Assembly: GCA_964015055.1 (NCBI GenBank)
Contig: CAXHBG010000003.1
Location: 1 to 37,506, forward strand
Direction: 5' to 3'
Source: an uncultured Thermoplasmata archaeon
Lineage (GTDB): Archaea; Thermoplasmatota; Poseidoniia; MGIII; CG-Epi1
Length of the DNA: 37,506 nucleotides
Shown: positions 19,088-28,806 of the stretch, piece after piece
Numbering within the stretch: position 1 is the first letter of the stretch
How the letters are laid out: each line of letters starts with the position of its first letter
The notes under the pieces: generated by a model
What the model was told of the DNA's origin: nothing
What the model saw: the letters and a program-made list of their open reading frames with translations, nothing else
The model's database searches: none
Program-made: the position numbers and the translations under genes

Positions 19088-19818
19088 TTGGTTTTCCCAG
19101 TTAATTTTCTCCAAATCCACTTTAGAGGGTCGTAGTACTCGTCTGCAACTCTCTCCTTTAGAGGAATGACTGCATTGTCTGTTATAGCAATACTTTCAGG
19201 GCACACTTCAGTACAACACTTTGTAATGTTACATAGACCAATTCCATTCTCATTTTTGATTGTTTCTAATCTGTCTCCCTGGTCCAATGGGTGCATTTCA
19301 AGCATAGCATTTCTAACCAAAAATCGAGGACCTGCGTACTCAGCCTTCATGTCACTATCACGAAGAACATGACACGTGTCTTGACACAGAAAACATTCGA
19401 TACATTTCCTAAATTCTTGAACTCGGTCAACATCTTCTTGCAACATTCTTGGATCGTTTGTCTCCGGATGTTGGTAAGGTAGAATTTTCTTATTTACCTC
19501 ATAGTTCCAGGAAACATCAGTTACCAAGTCTTTGACAACAGGAAAGGCTTTCATTGGTTTAATTACCAATGGCTCAGTAGGGTCATAGTCTGACATTCGA
19601 GTCATACACATAAGGCTTGGAATTCCGTTAACTTCAGCGGAGCATGAACCACATTTTCCAGCCTTGCAGTTCCATCTTACAGCTAAATCGGGTGCGTCAT
19701 TTGCTTGAATCTCGTGGATTGCATCGAGAACTACCATTCCAGGCCCACTCTCCATTTCAAACTCGTGCATGAAGTAGTCTTCTTCTTCACCTCTTTGAAT
19801 GATTATTTTTCTCTTCAT
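19084..19818 (-). CDS. sdhB: Succinate dehydrogenase/fumarate reductase Fe-S subunit (Sdh1-like)
   Basis: CKAGKCGSC, CIECFLCQDTC, CNITKCCTEVCP. Confidence 0.9.
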   Translation of the reverse strand: MKRKIIIQRGEEEDYFMHEFEMESGPGMVVLDAIHEIQANDAPDLAVRWNCKAGKCGSCSAEVNGIPSLMCMTRMSDYDPTEPLVIKPMKAFPVVKDLVTDVSWNYEVNKKILPYQHPETNDPRMLQEDVDRVQEFRKCIECFLCQDTCHVLRDSDMKAEYAGPRFLVRNAMLEMHPLDQGDRLETIKNENGIGLCNITKCCTEVCPESIAITDNAVIPLKERVADEYYDPLKWIWRKLTGKTN

Positions 19819-21614
19819 ACAGCCTCCTTCATGACGAAGTCTTGCAATTCATCAGGCATAATTTTCTTATCTGATTTAACAATATTTAAGCCATCTGGAC
19901 CCTTTCGAATTATTATATTCAATGCGCCTAATTCGCTATCGTATTCTGGATAATCTAGCCTGGTATGCCCTCCGCGACTTTCACGTCTTTCTTTGGCAGC
20001 TTCAGCTATTGCTAGAGAAGTTATTATCATATTTTTCATGTCAAGACATAGATGCCAACTTGGGTTGTAAGATCTATCTCCGGTTGCCTTTACGTTTTCT
20101 ACTCTTTGATTTAAAACCTTTAATTTTTCAATACCTTCGTTAAGTGATTCTTCTTCTCTCACAATACCGGCGTGCAGCTCCATAATATCTTGCAATTCTC
20201 GGTGTAAATGGTAAGGGTTCTCAGTTTTAGTGTCTGAAAAGCAGTCAAGAATCTCATTTGCAGCTTTTTTAATTTTACTTTTACTGAACGAAACTTCTTC
20301 GGTATTGAGTGCAAAATTTGCTGCAGCTCTACCTGATATGTTCCCAAAAACAAGTAAATCAGACAGTGAATTACCACCCAGCCGATTTGCACCATGAAGT
20401 CCCGCAGCGGCTTCTCCTGCAGCATACATTCCTTTAAGGCTAGAAGCACCAGTTTCAGCATCTACAGTTATTCCTCCCATCATGTAATGTGTGGTTGGTC
20501 CAACTTCCATTGGTTCTTCTGTAATGTCTAAATCACCTAGTTCTTTGAACTGATGGTACATTGAGGGCAATTTTCTCTTTATATAATCAGCATCCTGACG
20601 ATTGGCGATGTCTAAAAATGCTCCTCCGTGTGGACTTCCTCTTCCTTCTTTAACTTCCCTCATAATGGCTTTGGCCACGACATCTCTTGTTAGGAGTTCG
20701 GGCGGCCTCATTGCTCCTTCTTTCCCTTTTAACCAGTTATTAGCCTCATCTTCATCCTTGGCAGTTTCAGCAGCAAATGCTTTAGGAATATAATTAAACA
20801 TAAATCGTTCGCCTTTATTATTTAACAGGACTCCGCCTTCTCCTCTCACACCTTCGGTTACCAGTGTACCTTTGACACTTGGTGGCCATACCATACCAGT
20901 AGGGTGAAATTGTATAAATTCCATGTCTTGTAAATCAGCGCCCGCTAGATAGGCTAAAGAATGTCCATCTCCAGTATATTCCCATGAGTTTGAGGTAACT
21001 CGGTAAGCCTTTCCAATGCCTCCAGTTGCAACAACTATTGCTTTGGCGTGAATTGCGACTATTTCACCATTATTACGGTAGTATGCGAGAGCTCCTACGG
21101 CTTGATTATCTTCGGTAATTATTGTTGCAACAGTACATTCCATAAAAATATCGATATTATCTTGATGAATTACTTTATCTTGTACTGTTCTTATAATTTC
21201 TAATCCCGTTCGATCACCAACGTGAGCCAATCTAGGATACCTATGGCCTCCAAAATTTCTTTGGTTAATCTTTCCATCTCTTGTGCGGTCAAAAACAGCT
21301 CCCCATCTCTCTAATTCCAAGATTCTTTCTGGAGCTTGTTCGGCGTGAATTTTCGCCATTTGCCAATTATTTAGATGCTTTCCACCTTTAATTGTATCTC
21401 TAAAATGAACTTTCCAATTGTCCCGTTCGTCTGCATTTCCTAAAGCCGCAGCAGCTCCACCTTCAGCCATAACTGTGTGGGCCTTGCCTAGCAAAGACTT
21501 TGATACAAGGCAAACACTTGCACCTTCATCAGATGCTGCAATTGCAGCCCTCATTCCTGCGGCACCCGCGCCTATGACTAGGACATCATATTTCTTCTCT
21601 TGAATATCCTCCAT
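19815..21614 (-). CDS. sdhA: Succinate dehydrogenase/fumarate reductase flavoprotein
   Basis: GAGAAG, AHTVMAEGG (FAD-linked His), QFHPT, TEGVRGEGG, HYMMGG, HGANRLGGNSL, RRESRGGH. ATG at 21614 overlaps the upstream stop (TAATG). Confidence 0.93.
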   Translation of the reverse strand: MEDIQEKKYDVLVIGAGAAGMRAAIAASDEGASVCLVSKSLLGKAHTVMAEGGAAAALGNADERDNWKVHFRDTIKGGKHLNNWQMAKIHAEQAPERILELERWGAVFDRTRDGKINQRNFGGHRYPRLAHVGDRTGLEIIRTVQDKVIHQDNIDIFMECTVATIITEDNQAVGALAYYRNNGEIVAIHAKAIVVATGGIGKAYRVTSNSWEYTGDGHSLAYLAGADLQDMEFIQFHPTGMVWPPSVKGTLVTEGVRGEGGVLLNNKGERFMFNYIPKAFAAETAKDEDEANNWLKGKEGAMRPPELLTRDVVAKAIMREVKEGRGSPHGGAFLDIANRQDADYIKRKLPSMYHQFKELGDLDITEEPMEVGPTTHYMMGGITVDAETGASSLKGMYAAGEAAAGLHGANRLGGNSLSDLLVFGNISGRAAANFALNTEEVSFSKSKIKKAANEILDCFSDTKTENPYHLHRELQDIMELHAGIVREEESLNEGIEKLKVLNQRVENVKATGDRSYNPSWHLCLDMKNMIITSLAIAEAAKERRESRGGHTRLDYPEYDSELGALNIIIRKGPDGLNIVKSDKKIMPDELQDFVMKEAV

Positions 21615-22444
21615 TATAGCACCCACTGAAATAATTCGTCTTTTCCTAAAAGTCCTAAGTAAATTCTGATGTAGAAATCAGCAATCATTATTGTAACCAA
21701 TGATATCCAGAAGTATAATCCATGATGACGGTTTAGAGAATTTATCCATGAATTACCTTTCTTTTTAATATAACTGGTGCATGAAATACAATCAACATTA
21801 CCTCCAACCAAATTCCTTAATGAATGGCAAGAAGAAACATACAATGTCAAGAACAAAGCATCAATAGTTAGTATGAGACTTCCAAAGCCGACTCCTACGC
21901 TGCTACCAAAAATATAAGATTCAAATGCATGATACCAATGAAGAATGGCAAGTATTATTGCAAGATAAAGAAAATACCTGTGTGAGTTCATAATTATGAA
22001 CGGTAGTGTATTTTCACCATTGTACGATTTCATTGGTTTATCGACTGCGCAGCCTGCAGGATTTGCTAATAGCGATCTGTAGAAAACTCTTCTACCGTAA
22101 TAACATGTTCCACGGAATCCTAGAGGCGCCCAAATGAATAAAAGTGTAGCAGGAAGCGGCCAAAAGCTGAGTATATCTGAAGGAACTGCGTTAGGGCCCG
22201 GGGAAGAAATTGGGCTTACGTAGTGAGCGCCGTTCTCATTGTAATAAATAAAGTCGTTTTCATAATCTCCTACAGCTCCGTGCTCCATCAAAAGAACAGA
22301 TATAGTGTAGACTCCAAACAAGATTAATATGGTACCCATTACCAACGGTTGAATCCACCATTTGTCTGTGCGGAAAGTTGCGAAAAACCCTTTTTTTTCC
22401 ACGGGAACAAAACAGGGCGGTATGTCCAGTGCGTCAGTACTCAA
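21614..22444 (-). CDS. Membrane anchor subunit of the Sdh1-type succinate dehydrogenase (Rv0249c-like)
   Basis: About five TM helices; YVSP, GFRGTCYY.RR, N.HRYF, SCHSLR, NRHH. First gene of the sdh unit; TTG start. Confidence 0.8.
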   Translation of the reverse strand: MSTDALDIPPCFVPVEKKGFFATFRTDKWWIQPLVMGTILILFGVYTISVLLMEHGAVGDYENDFIYYNENGAHYVSPISSPGPNAVPSDILSFWPLPATLLFIWAPLGFRGTCYYGRRVFYRSLLANPAGCAVDKPMKSYNGENTLPFIIMNSHRYFLYLAIILAILHWYHAFESYIFGSSVGVGFGSLILTIDALFLTLYVSSCHSLRNLVGGNVDCISCTSYIKKKGNSWINSLNRHHGLYFWISLVTIMIADFYIRIYLGLLGKDELFQWVL

Positions 22445-22461
22445 TAACTATACAGTTGCAA

Positions 22462-22510
22462 ATGGGTATTTTTAATATTCTCACCAAGTGACAATAACTA
22501 TTTTACCCAT
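22462..22510. promoter_or_regulatory. Dyad-symmetric divergent promoter region
   Basis: TATTcTCAC-caa-GTGAcAATA (22476-22496) and outer ATGGGTA/TACCCAT arms share one axis at 22486. Confidence 0.4.
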
Positions 22511-22528
22511 ATGATGTAGTACGTAATT

Positions 22529-24109
22529 ATGAAATTACCTTTCATTATATCAATTATGTTTGTGACTTTGTCATTTATGGGTTGCCTTGGGCCTGAAGAC
22601 AAAAGAACGGTTATTCAAGAAGAAGATATAGAGGTGACTAGGCTGATTGTTTCAGAGGAGCAACTAAGTCAATTTCCCTTTTCAGATAATCCTATTCGTA
22701 ATTTCACAGTTATTACGCCAAGTGGTTCGACTGAGAGACTATGGGCTGTTTATGGCACTGAGTTAGCCGAAGACCATAATTATGGAGGGAATTGTTGTGA
22801 ACACTACATTACGACAGATCAAGACGGAGTAATCTACAATTTGGGTGGAGAGTGGCCTTGGTGGAGTACAGATAGAGGATTGACTTGGGATGAATACGTA
22901 CCTCCTGCATTCAATACAGATTTGGGTTGTGAGGAAGGTCAGCTAGACCCAACATTTGATCCAGGGCTTGGTGAAGGTTCAATAATTCAGGCTCCTAATG
23001 GAGACATACTTGCAATGACTTGGTTTCCATATCCTAGTTTTGATGGGGCAGACCAATTTTATGCAATTCTTGGAAAAAAGACTGCACCTGACCAAATAGA
23101 CTGGCAATGGTGTTGGAATACTTTCGACAAAGAACCATTTTATGATAGATCTTGGCAGGTTCCAGTTGTTGGACCTATAAATCCACCTCCTGAACATTCA
23201 ACGAATTTATGCTCGTCAAACTGCCCTTGGGCCAGCATGGTGGTTTCAAATTTTTGGAGTTATAATGAGCAAGGCTATCAGATAAGTGTCGATGGTCTGA
23301 ACTATCGTCCTTTAGATATTCCGGATAGTGCTTCAAATGAATGTAACGCAGAATATGCTAGGTGTGGTCAAGATCTCGAATTTGATTTGCTGTTCGAGGA
23401 TTTGGGGCCAGAATGGGATTTTATGCAACCTCATAGAGAAATGAGAGCTTCACCCATTCCATCTGGTGGGCTATTATTTCCAAGATGGTTTAGCGATGGA
23501 AGTAATTTGTTCTTAGATACTGAACTAACATGGCATAAGCATAATTTACCAAATGGATCACTTTTACCCTCGAGAAATCTAGTAATAGATAGTTCCGGAG
23601 CATTACATAGCGTATCATGTAACATGATTGACACTGGGGCTAAAGGCTGTGATGGGACTTTCAATTTGACACACAGTGTAAGCTTTGATGGAGGTTATAG
23701 TTGGAACGAGTATACTCACGGTTGGTCTGGGTCTGCAGCAGTATCTGATAATACTTTTGAGTGGGATTTCCAAGCAGATGGCAACTTAGACTTGGCAGTG
23801 ATATCAATGAGAGTTCAAAGCTCTAATTTTACAGGAGATGGCAGTCCTAGTGATGTAGACTTAGTTTTCCATATTCGAGATTACAGCCAAAGTATGGAAG
23901 CAGATTCTGTAACTATTATTGGTTTGGGCGATTTAGACTCAACCTCAGGAGCTGGTAACGATATTAGGTTTGATTTTGCTTCAATGGCAATCTTACCTGA
24001 TGGAGGCACCGTTGTTGCCTATCATGACAGTACAGATCCTAATCAAGACCCTATGTTTGCAATAGAATTAGAATTACCTGAGGAATACTTTTATTCTATA
24101 GCAATTTAA
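22529..24109 (+). CDS. Lipoprotein with BNR/Asp-box repeats (sialidase-like beta-propeller)
   Basis: Signal peptide with a lipobox-like SFMGC (Cys19). Asp-boxes STDRGLTW, SVDGLNY, SFDGGYSW. Acidic and Cys-rich. Confidence 0.65.
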   Translation: MKLPFIISIMFVTLSFMGCLGPEDKRTVIQEEDIEVTRLIVSEEQLSQFPFSDNPIRNFTVITPSGSTERLWAVYGTELAEDHNYGGNCCEHYITTDQDGVIYNLGGEWPWWSTDRGLTWDEYVPPAFNTDLGCEEGQLDPTFDPGLGEGSIIQAPNGDILAMTWFPYPSFDGADQFYAILGKKTAPDQIDWQWCWNTFDKEPFYDRSWQVPVVGPINPPPEHSTNLCSSNCPWASMVVSNFWSYNEQGYQISVDGLNYRPLDIPDSASNECNAEYARCGQDLEFDLLFEDLGPEWDFMQPHREMRASPIPSGGLLFPRWFSDGSNLFLDTELTWHKHNLPNGSLLPSRNLVIDSSGALHSVSCNMIDTGAKGCDGTFNLTHSVSFDGGYSWNEYTHGWSGSAAVSDNTFEWDFQADGNLDLAVISMRVQSSNFTGDGSPSDVDLVFHIRDYSQSMEADSVTIIGLGDLDSTSGAGNDIRFDFASMAILPDGGTVVAYHDSTDPNQDPMFAIELELPEEYFYSIAI

Positions 24110-24881
24110 TTAGTGAATTTATTTCCTTTGCTCGATTCCGTAGCGTTACTTCAGAAGTACCAAGAGTTTTAGCAATCTCGAGTTGACTTCTTTTTACTTT
24201 AGTTTTTTTGCATGCAAGATATATTGAGGCGCCAAGGAGAGCAATAGGTGAAATACCTTGTCTATATTCACTATTTTCTACAAGTCTAATTACTTCTTTT
24301 GCTTCAGTTTCTACATTTTTTGGTAATGCTAATTTTTTTGTAAATTTAGGTAGAAATGTCATACTACTTGAAATATTAATTTTAAGCTTTAACTTTCTCT
24401 TTATTAAGCGGTAGAGCTTACTTAACTCGTTTCTGTTCAAACTGCATAGATTTGCAATTTCATCTAAAGTTATTGGTAGATTATTTATTCTGCATGCTGT
24501 AAAAACTGAAGCTGCAGCTACCTTTTGAGTACTTCTTCCTCTCACAATGCCTTTTTTCGAAGAACTTGAAAAGATTTCTAGTCCAGATTCTACAATTTTA
24601 TTGCCAAGTCTGAGTAATTCAGAAATTCGGTTAATCTCTTCTGAAGCTAAAAGAATATTTTTACCTGGTGAAACACTTGTTCTTACTTCATTTTGCCATT
24701 TTAGTACAGTTCCAGAATTAATAGCTACATTGGTCTCTTTAACTTTAGTCTTAGTTGACTTTCCAGGTTTATATTTCATCCATTGAGGGCCAGAGTCAAA
24801 AATAAGATTGCAAGAGTTACAAGACATGATGCCATCACCCTCAGAAATTATTTTCTCATTTTCACATTCAGGACATTTCAT
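24096..24881 (-). CDS. tfb: Transcription initiation factor B, divergent short form
   Basis: Zn ribbon CPEC..CNSC, RGRS, ACR..P.TLDEIA, C-terminal HTH RSQLEIA...SEVTLRNR. Confidence 0.88.
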   Translation of the reverse strand: MKCPECENEKIISEGDGIMSCNSCNLIFDSGPQWMKYKPGKSTKTKVKETNVAINSGTVLKWQNEVRTSVSPGKNILLASEEINRISELLRLGNKIVESGLEIFSSSSKKGIVRGRSTQKVAAASVFTACRINNLPITLDEIANLCSLNRNELSKLYRLIKRKLKLKINISSSMTFLPKFTKKLALPKNVETEAKEVIRLVENSEYRQGISPIALLGASIYLACKKTKVKRSQLEIAKTLGTSEVTLRNRAKEINSLIKLL

Positions 24882-25102
24882 TTTTTGTAAACCTCTCTGC
24901 CAATAATTTTAGTTATTCGCATACCTTTGTTCGGTGCTATAGCTAGATACGGTTCATTTACTGGCCCAAAAATATTAACAACTCTTCCGATAATTCTTTT
25001 TTCAGAATCATAAATTTTAGTGTTCTTTGGAACCTTTTTATGTGTATTTACAATCGCTAGATTTCTCGAGTTCAAATGTGACACCCGTCCAACACACTTC
25101 AT
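24878..25102 (-). CDS. gar1: H/ACA RNP protein Gar1
   Basis: IGRVVNIFGPVNEPY signature; 74 aa; ATGA overlap with tfb. Confidence 0.88.
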   Translation of the reverse strand: MKCVGRVSHLNSRNLAIVNTHKKVPKNTKIYDSEKRIIGRVVNIFGPVNEPYLAIAPNKGMRITKIIGREVYKK

Positions 25103-25147
25103 TGTAATGCGCTTTCGAACTAGTATTTAAAGTTTATGTTTTTGGCA

Positions 25148-25921
25148 TTATAAGAATTCTTTCCAGAAGAAGTTATCATTTTTAGATAATTCATATTTTA
25201 TCCTCATATTTCTTTCGTTTCTGACTCTCTCAATTTCGATATTATCGTATTTTATGTTACTTAAAGTTAGAAACTCAGCCTTTGCCATAGTAAAATCTAT
25301 TTTGTGGCCGTTGAGTCCTCTTTCGATGTCGATCAGATTTTTTCTTCCGCTTGTTACATCTGTAGCAGCTCCAATCATTTTTCTAACTTGATGCCATAGA
25401 AATGAAAGTCCCCTAATCTCACACATGATTACTTTTCCTCTAGAGGTAATATCTATTCGTTTTATTGTTCTTCTTGTATCTATATTATCCGTATCTAAAA
25501 TTCGCGCAAAATTTCTGAAATCATGTTTTCCTACAAAGAGTTGCATTGCTTCATTAAAGAGTACCTTGTTTTTTTCATTAAATAGGTAGTATCTGTATTC
25601 TCTTTCTTTAGCAATTCTAGGATTAAATTCTATTCCAACGTCAGAAAATCCAGTTATCCATATAGGATATTCTTCAAGCCTTTCAATAAAGTCTCCAACA
25701 TATTCTTTACATCTTTTATTTGAAGTTGTAGTTATTATATTACACGTAGCATTCACTCCTTTATCAGTTCTGCTAGCGAATAAAGGGCCCGAAGCTCCTA
25801 GGCTTTTTAGAATGCCCTTTACAACACCTTCCACAGTTACTACTTCAGGCTGGACTTGTGATCCGTGAAAGCCCCCTCCGTGATATGCTATTCGAAATAA
25901 ATTAGCAAATTTTTTCATCAA
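25148..25921 (-). CDS. truA: tRNA pseudouridine synthase A
   Basis: AY.G..FHGSQ.QP, SRTDKGV.A, REYRY, G.HDFRNF, SFLWHQVRKM. Confidence 0.92.
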   Translation of the reverse strand: MMKKFANLFRIAYHGGGFHGSQVQPEVVTVEGVVKGILKSLGASGPLFASRTDKGVNATCNIITTTSNKRCKEYVGDFIERLEEYPIWITGFSDVGIEFNPRIAKEREYRYYLFNEKNKVLFNEAMQLFVGKHDFRNFARILDTDNIDTRRTIKRIDITSRGKVIMCEIRGLSFLWHQVRKMIGAATDVTSGRKNLIDIERGLNGHKIDFTMAKAEFLTLSNIKYDNIEIERVRNERNMRIKYELSKNDNFFWKEFL

Positions 25922-26785
25922 CTATATAATTTCTTCTAGGGTATCTCCAAGTTTAGCAGGATTATCAGTAACATGTATGCCTGCTCTCTCCATTGCTCTC
26001 ATTTTTTCTCTTGCAGTACCCTTACCTCCAGAAATTATAGCTCCAGCATGTCCCATTCTTTTTCCTGGTGGTGCGGTTCTGCCAGCTATAAAGCCGACAA
26101 TTGGCTTTGTAACATACTCCTTAACATATTCAGACGCTAGTTCCTCTGCAGTTCCGCCTATTTCTCCAATCATTATCATGGATTTTGTCTGCGAATCATT
26201 TTCAAAAGCCTCTAAACAATCAATAAAGTCGGTTCCATTAACAGGGTCGCCACCTATGCCAACACAAGTCGACTGACCCAATCCTTTCTCTGTTACTTGA
26301 TTTACAGCTTCATATGTTAAAGTACCAGATCTGGATATAATGCCAACATCACCTTTCCGATGAATGTGACCAGGCATTATTCCTACCTTACTTTCACCAG
26401 GAGTTATAAGGCCAGGACAGTTCGGACCAATCAATCGAGTTTCAATAGGTTCTAAATATTTTTTTACTTTAACCATGTCTAATGCAGGAATTCCCTCTGT
26501 TATTGCCACAATTAGTTCAACTCCTGCGTCTGCAGATTCCATAATTGCATCAGCCGCAAATGGTGGTGGTACAAAAATGCACGACACATTTGCTCCATTA
26601 TCTACAGCCTCGTTTACGGTATTCCATATAGGGACTCCAAGGGTTTCTTGACCGCCTTTACCGGGGGTTACTCCTCCTATTACTTTAGTTCCGTAGTCTA
26701 GCATTTGTTCGGTATGGAATTGTCCATTTTTCCCCGTAATACCCTGAACTATGACTTTACTTTTTGTATTTAACCAGATACTCAT
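25922..26785 (-). CDS. sucD: Succinyl-CoA synthetase alpha subunit
   Basis: [40 protein letters not shown]. Confidence 0.97.
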   Translation of the reverse strand: MSIWLNTKSKVIVQGITGKNGQFHTEQMLDYGTKVIGGVTPGKGGQETLGVPIWNTVNEAVDNGANVSCIFVPPPFAADAIMESADAGVELIVAITEGIPALDMVKVKKYLEPIETRLIGPNCPGLITPGESKVGIMPGHIHRKGDVGIISRSGTLTYEAVNQVTEKGLGQSTCVGIGGDPVNGTDFIDCLEAFENDSQTKSMIMIGEIGGTAEELASEYVKEYVTKPIVGFIAGRTAPPGKRMGHAGAIISGGKGTAREKMRAMERAGIHVTDNPAKLGDTLEEII

Positions 26786-27951
26786 TATTTGCCTCCTATA
26801 GCGTTTACAGATTTTCTTGCCCCACTATCCATATCATCTGCAGTAATTAAGTCCAGGCCTGAGTCAGACAATAACTTCTTCCCTAAATCAACATTGGTTC
26901 CGGCTAGTCTAACTATCAAAGGGACACCTAATTCAATTTCTTTTGCGGCAGTTATAATACCCTCAGCAATAAAATCACATCTCATAATTCCTCCAAAAAT
27001 ATTTACGAAAATCGCTTTTACTTCAGGGTCAGATAGTATAATTCTGAATCCTTCAGAAACTTGGTCTGCTGTGGCTCCGCCTCCTACATCTAAGAAATTT
27101 GCAGGCTCACCCCCGTGTAATTTAATAATATCCATAGTAGACATAGCTAAACCAGCTCCGTTCACCATACAGCCGATATCTCCATCCAATTTAATGTAGT
27201 TCAATCCTGCTCGCGTTGCTTGAGATTCTAATGGTTCTTCTTCATCCAAGTCTCTTAATTTCTCAATATCGGCATGTCTAAACAAAGCTGAACTGTCGAA
27301 ATTTATCTTAGCATCAAGCGCAATTATATCATCATCGGAAGTTACTACTAAGGGATTTATTTCAACAATTGAGCAATCAAGTTTTATAAATAATTCATAC
27401 AAACTAATAATAAATTTGCAACAGGAGTTAACCTGTTTACCTTTAAGACCTAATCCGAACGCAATCTTTCTTGCTTGCCAGTTTCCTATGCCGGTTATTG
27501 GGTCTGCGTATACTTTCAGAATTTTCTCAGGTTCTTTGATTGCAATTTCTTCGATCTCTACTCCACCTTCAACAGATGCCATCACAACAGGAAGATCCCG
27601 TTCTCTATCAAGTACGATTCCAAGGTAAAGTTCTTTAGCAATGTCACATCCTTCTTCAACGTAAACTTTCCTAACGATTACCCCATCGGAGGTAGTTTGC
27701 GGAGTCACTAAGTTTGAACCTATCAATTTATCAGCGGCTTCATAAACTTCATCAGTAGTTTTGCAAAGAATTATTCCTCCACCTTTACCTCTACCTCCTG
27801 CATGCACTTGTGCTTTTACAACCCAAATATTTCCTCCAAGAGTTTTACACGCATTAGCAGCTTCACTGGCATTTGCTGCGACGACACCTTCCAAAGTTTT
27901 TACATTGTAATTTTTAAAAAGCTGTTTTGCTTGGTACTCATGAATGTTCAT
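26785..27951 (-). CDS. sucC: Succinyl-CoA synthetase beta subunit
   Basis: MNIHEYQAK (start 27951), [42 protein letters not shown]. Confidence 0.97.
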   Translation of the reverse strand: MNIHEYQAKQLFKNYNVKTLEGVVAANASEAANACKTLGGNIWVVKAQVHAGGRGKGGGIILCKTTDEVYEAADKLIGSNLVTPQTTSDGVIVRKVYVEEGCDIAKELYLGIVLDRERDLPVVMASVEGGVEIEEIAIKEPEKILKVYADPITGIGNWQARKIAFGLGLKGKQVNSCCKFIISLYELFIKLDCSIVEINPLVVTSDDDIIALDAKINFDSSALFRHADIEKLRDLDEEEPLESQATRAGLNYIKLDGDIGCMVNGAGLAMSTMDIIKLHGGEPANFLDVGGGATADQVSEGFRIILSDPEVKAIFVNIFGGIMRCDFIAEGIITAAKEIELGVPLIVRLAGTNVDLGKKLLSDSGLDLITADDMDSGARKSVNAIGGK

Positions 27952-28050
27952 AATTATTACACACAGATTGGGGTTTAATACTCTAAGCCACAATATTTGC
28001 TATGTAAACATTTAAATAGAACTCAATCTGGCGCAAAGAGTAGGTTAATT

Positions 28051-28554
28051 ATGGCAAAGAAAAATCCAGCACATATGTTTCGCGGGAAGAAGAGAGCTTA
28101 CACGCGAAAAGAATACATTGGTGGAGTTCCAGCTAGTCGTATTACTCAATTTGACGTTGGGGATAAAATAGCAGATTTTTCAGTCGAAGTTACGCTTTCA
28201 GCTAAAGAGGAGTGTCTCGTAAGGCATAATGCGCTGGAGTCTGCAAGAGTTACTGCTAACCGTTATATTCAAACACATGCTGGCAGGGACGGATATCACT
28301 TAAAGGTGAGGACTTATCCTCATCACGTATTGAGACATAATAAAATTGCTCAGGGTGCAGGTGCAGATCGTGTTTCCATGGGTATGCGCAAATCATTTGG
28401 AAGAACAGTTGGTACTGCAGCTCGAGTTAAATCTGGCCAAAAACTGATTACACTTAGAACTTCAGACGCGTTTGTGTCAGAAGCTAAAGAAGCATTACGT
28501 AAATCTTCTCATAAGCTTCCAACACCATGTAATATCGTGGTAAATCAAAAATAA
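28051..28554 (+). CDS. rpl10e: 50S ribosomal protein L10e (uL16)
   Basis: YTRKEYI.G.P, ALESAR, YPHHVLR.NK, GAGADR...GMRKSFG, KLP. ATG at 28051. Confidence 0.96.
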   Translation: MAKKNPAHMFRGKKRAYTRKEYIGGVPASRITQFDVGDKIADFSVEVTLSAKEECLVRHNALESARVTANRYIQTHAGRDGYHLKVRTYPHHVLRHNKIAQGAGADRVSMGMRKSFGRTVGTAARVKSGQKLITLRTSDAFVSEAKEALRKSSHKLPTPCNIVVNQK

Positions 28555-28805
28555 TGGCAGAACTAGTCAAGAAACTAAAATTACCTAAGCCGGATGGCTT
28601 TCTTTATTTTGTTGAGGATGACTGTTCAGTTTGGAAGCATAAGGGAGGACATAAGGAATTGATTTCTGAGGGTTCAAATGAGAGAGAGAAAGGTTATCTT
28701 TATTTTATTGATGTTAACGGGGATTTAGCAAGAAGGATTAATCCTCAAGAAAGAGACGTTGAAACCAAAAAATTATTTAAACCAGGAACACAAATTGTAA
28801 AATAA
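28554..28805 (+). CDS. Small hypothetical protein with an internal G[F/Y]LYF duplication
   Basis: TAATG coupling to rpl10e; repeats KPDGFLYFVEDDCSV and REKGYLYFIDVNGDL. Confidence 0.75.
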   Translation: MAELVKKLKLPKPDGFLYFVEDDCSVWKHKGGHKELISEGSNEREKGYLYFIDVNGDLARRINPQERDVETKKLFKPGTQIVK

Positions 28806-28806
28806 G

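Noticed and set aside
28554-28805. Assignment to known archaeal chromatin proteins (CC1, Cren7, Alba)
   Set aside because: The sequence does not match those families as I know them; left as hypothetical.
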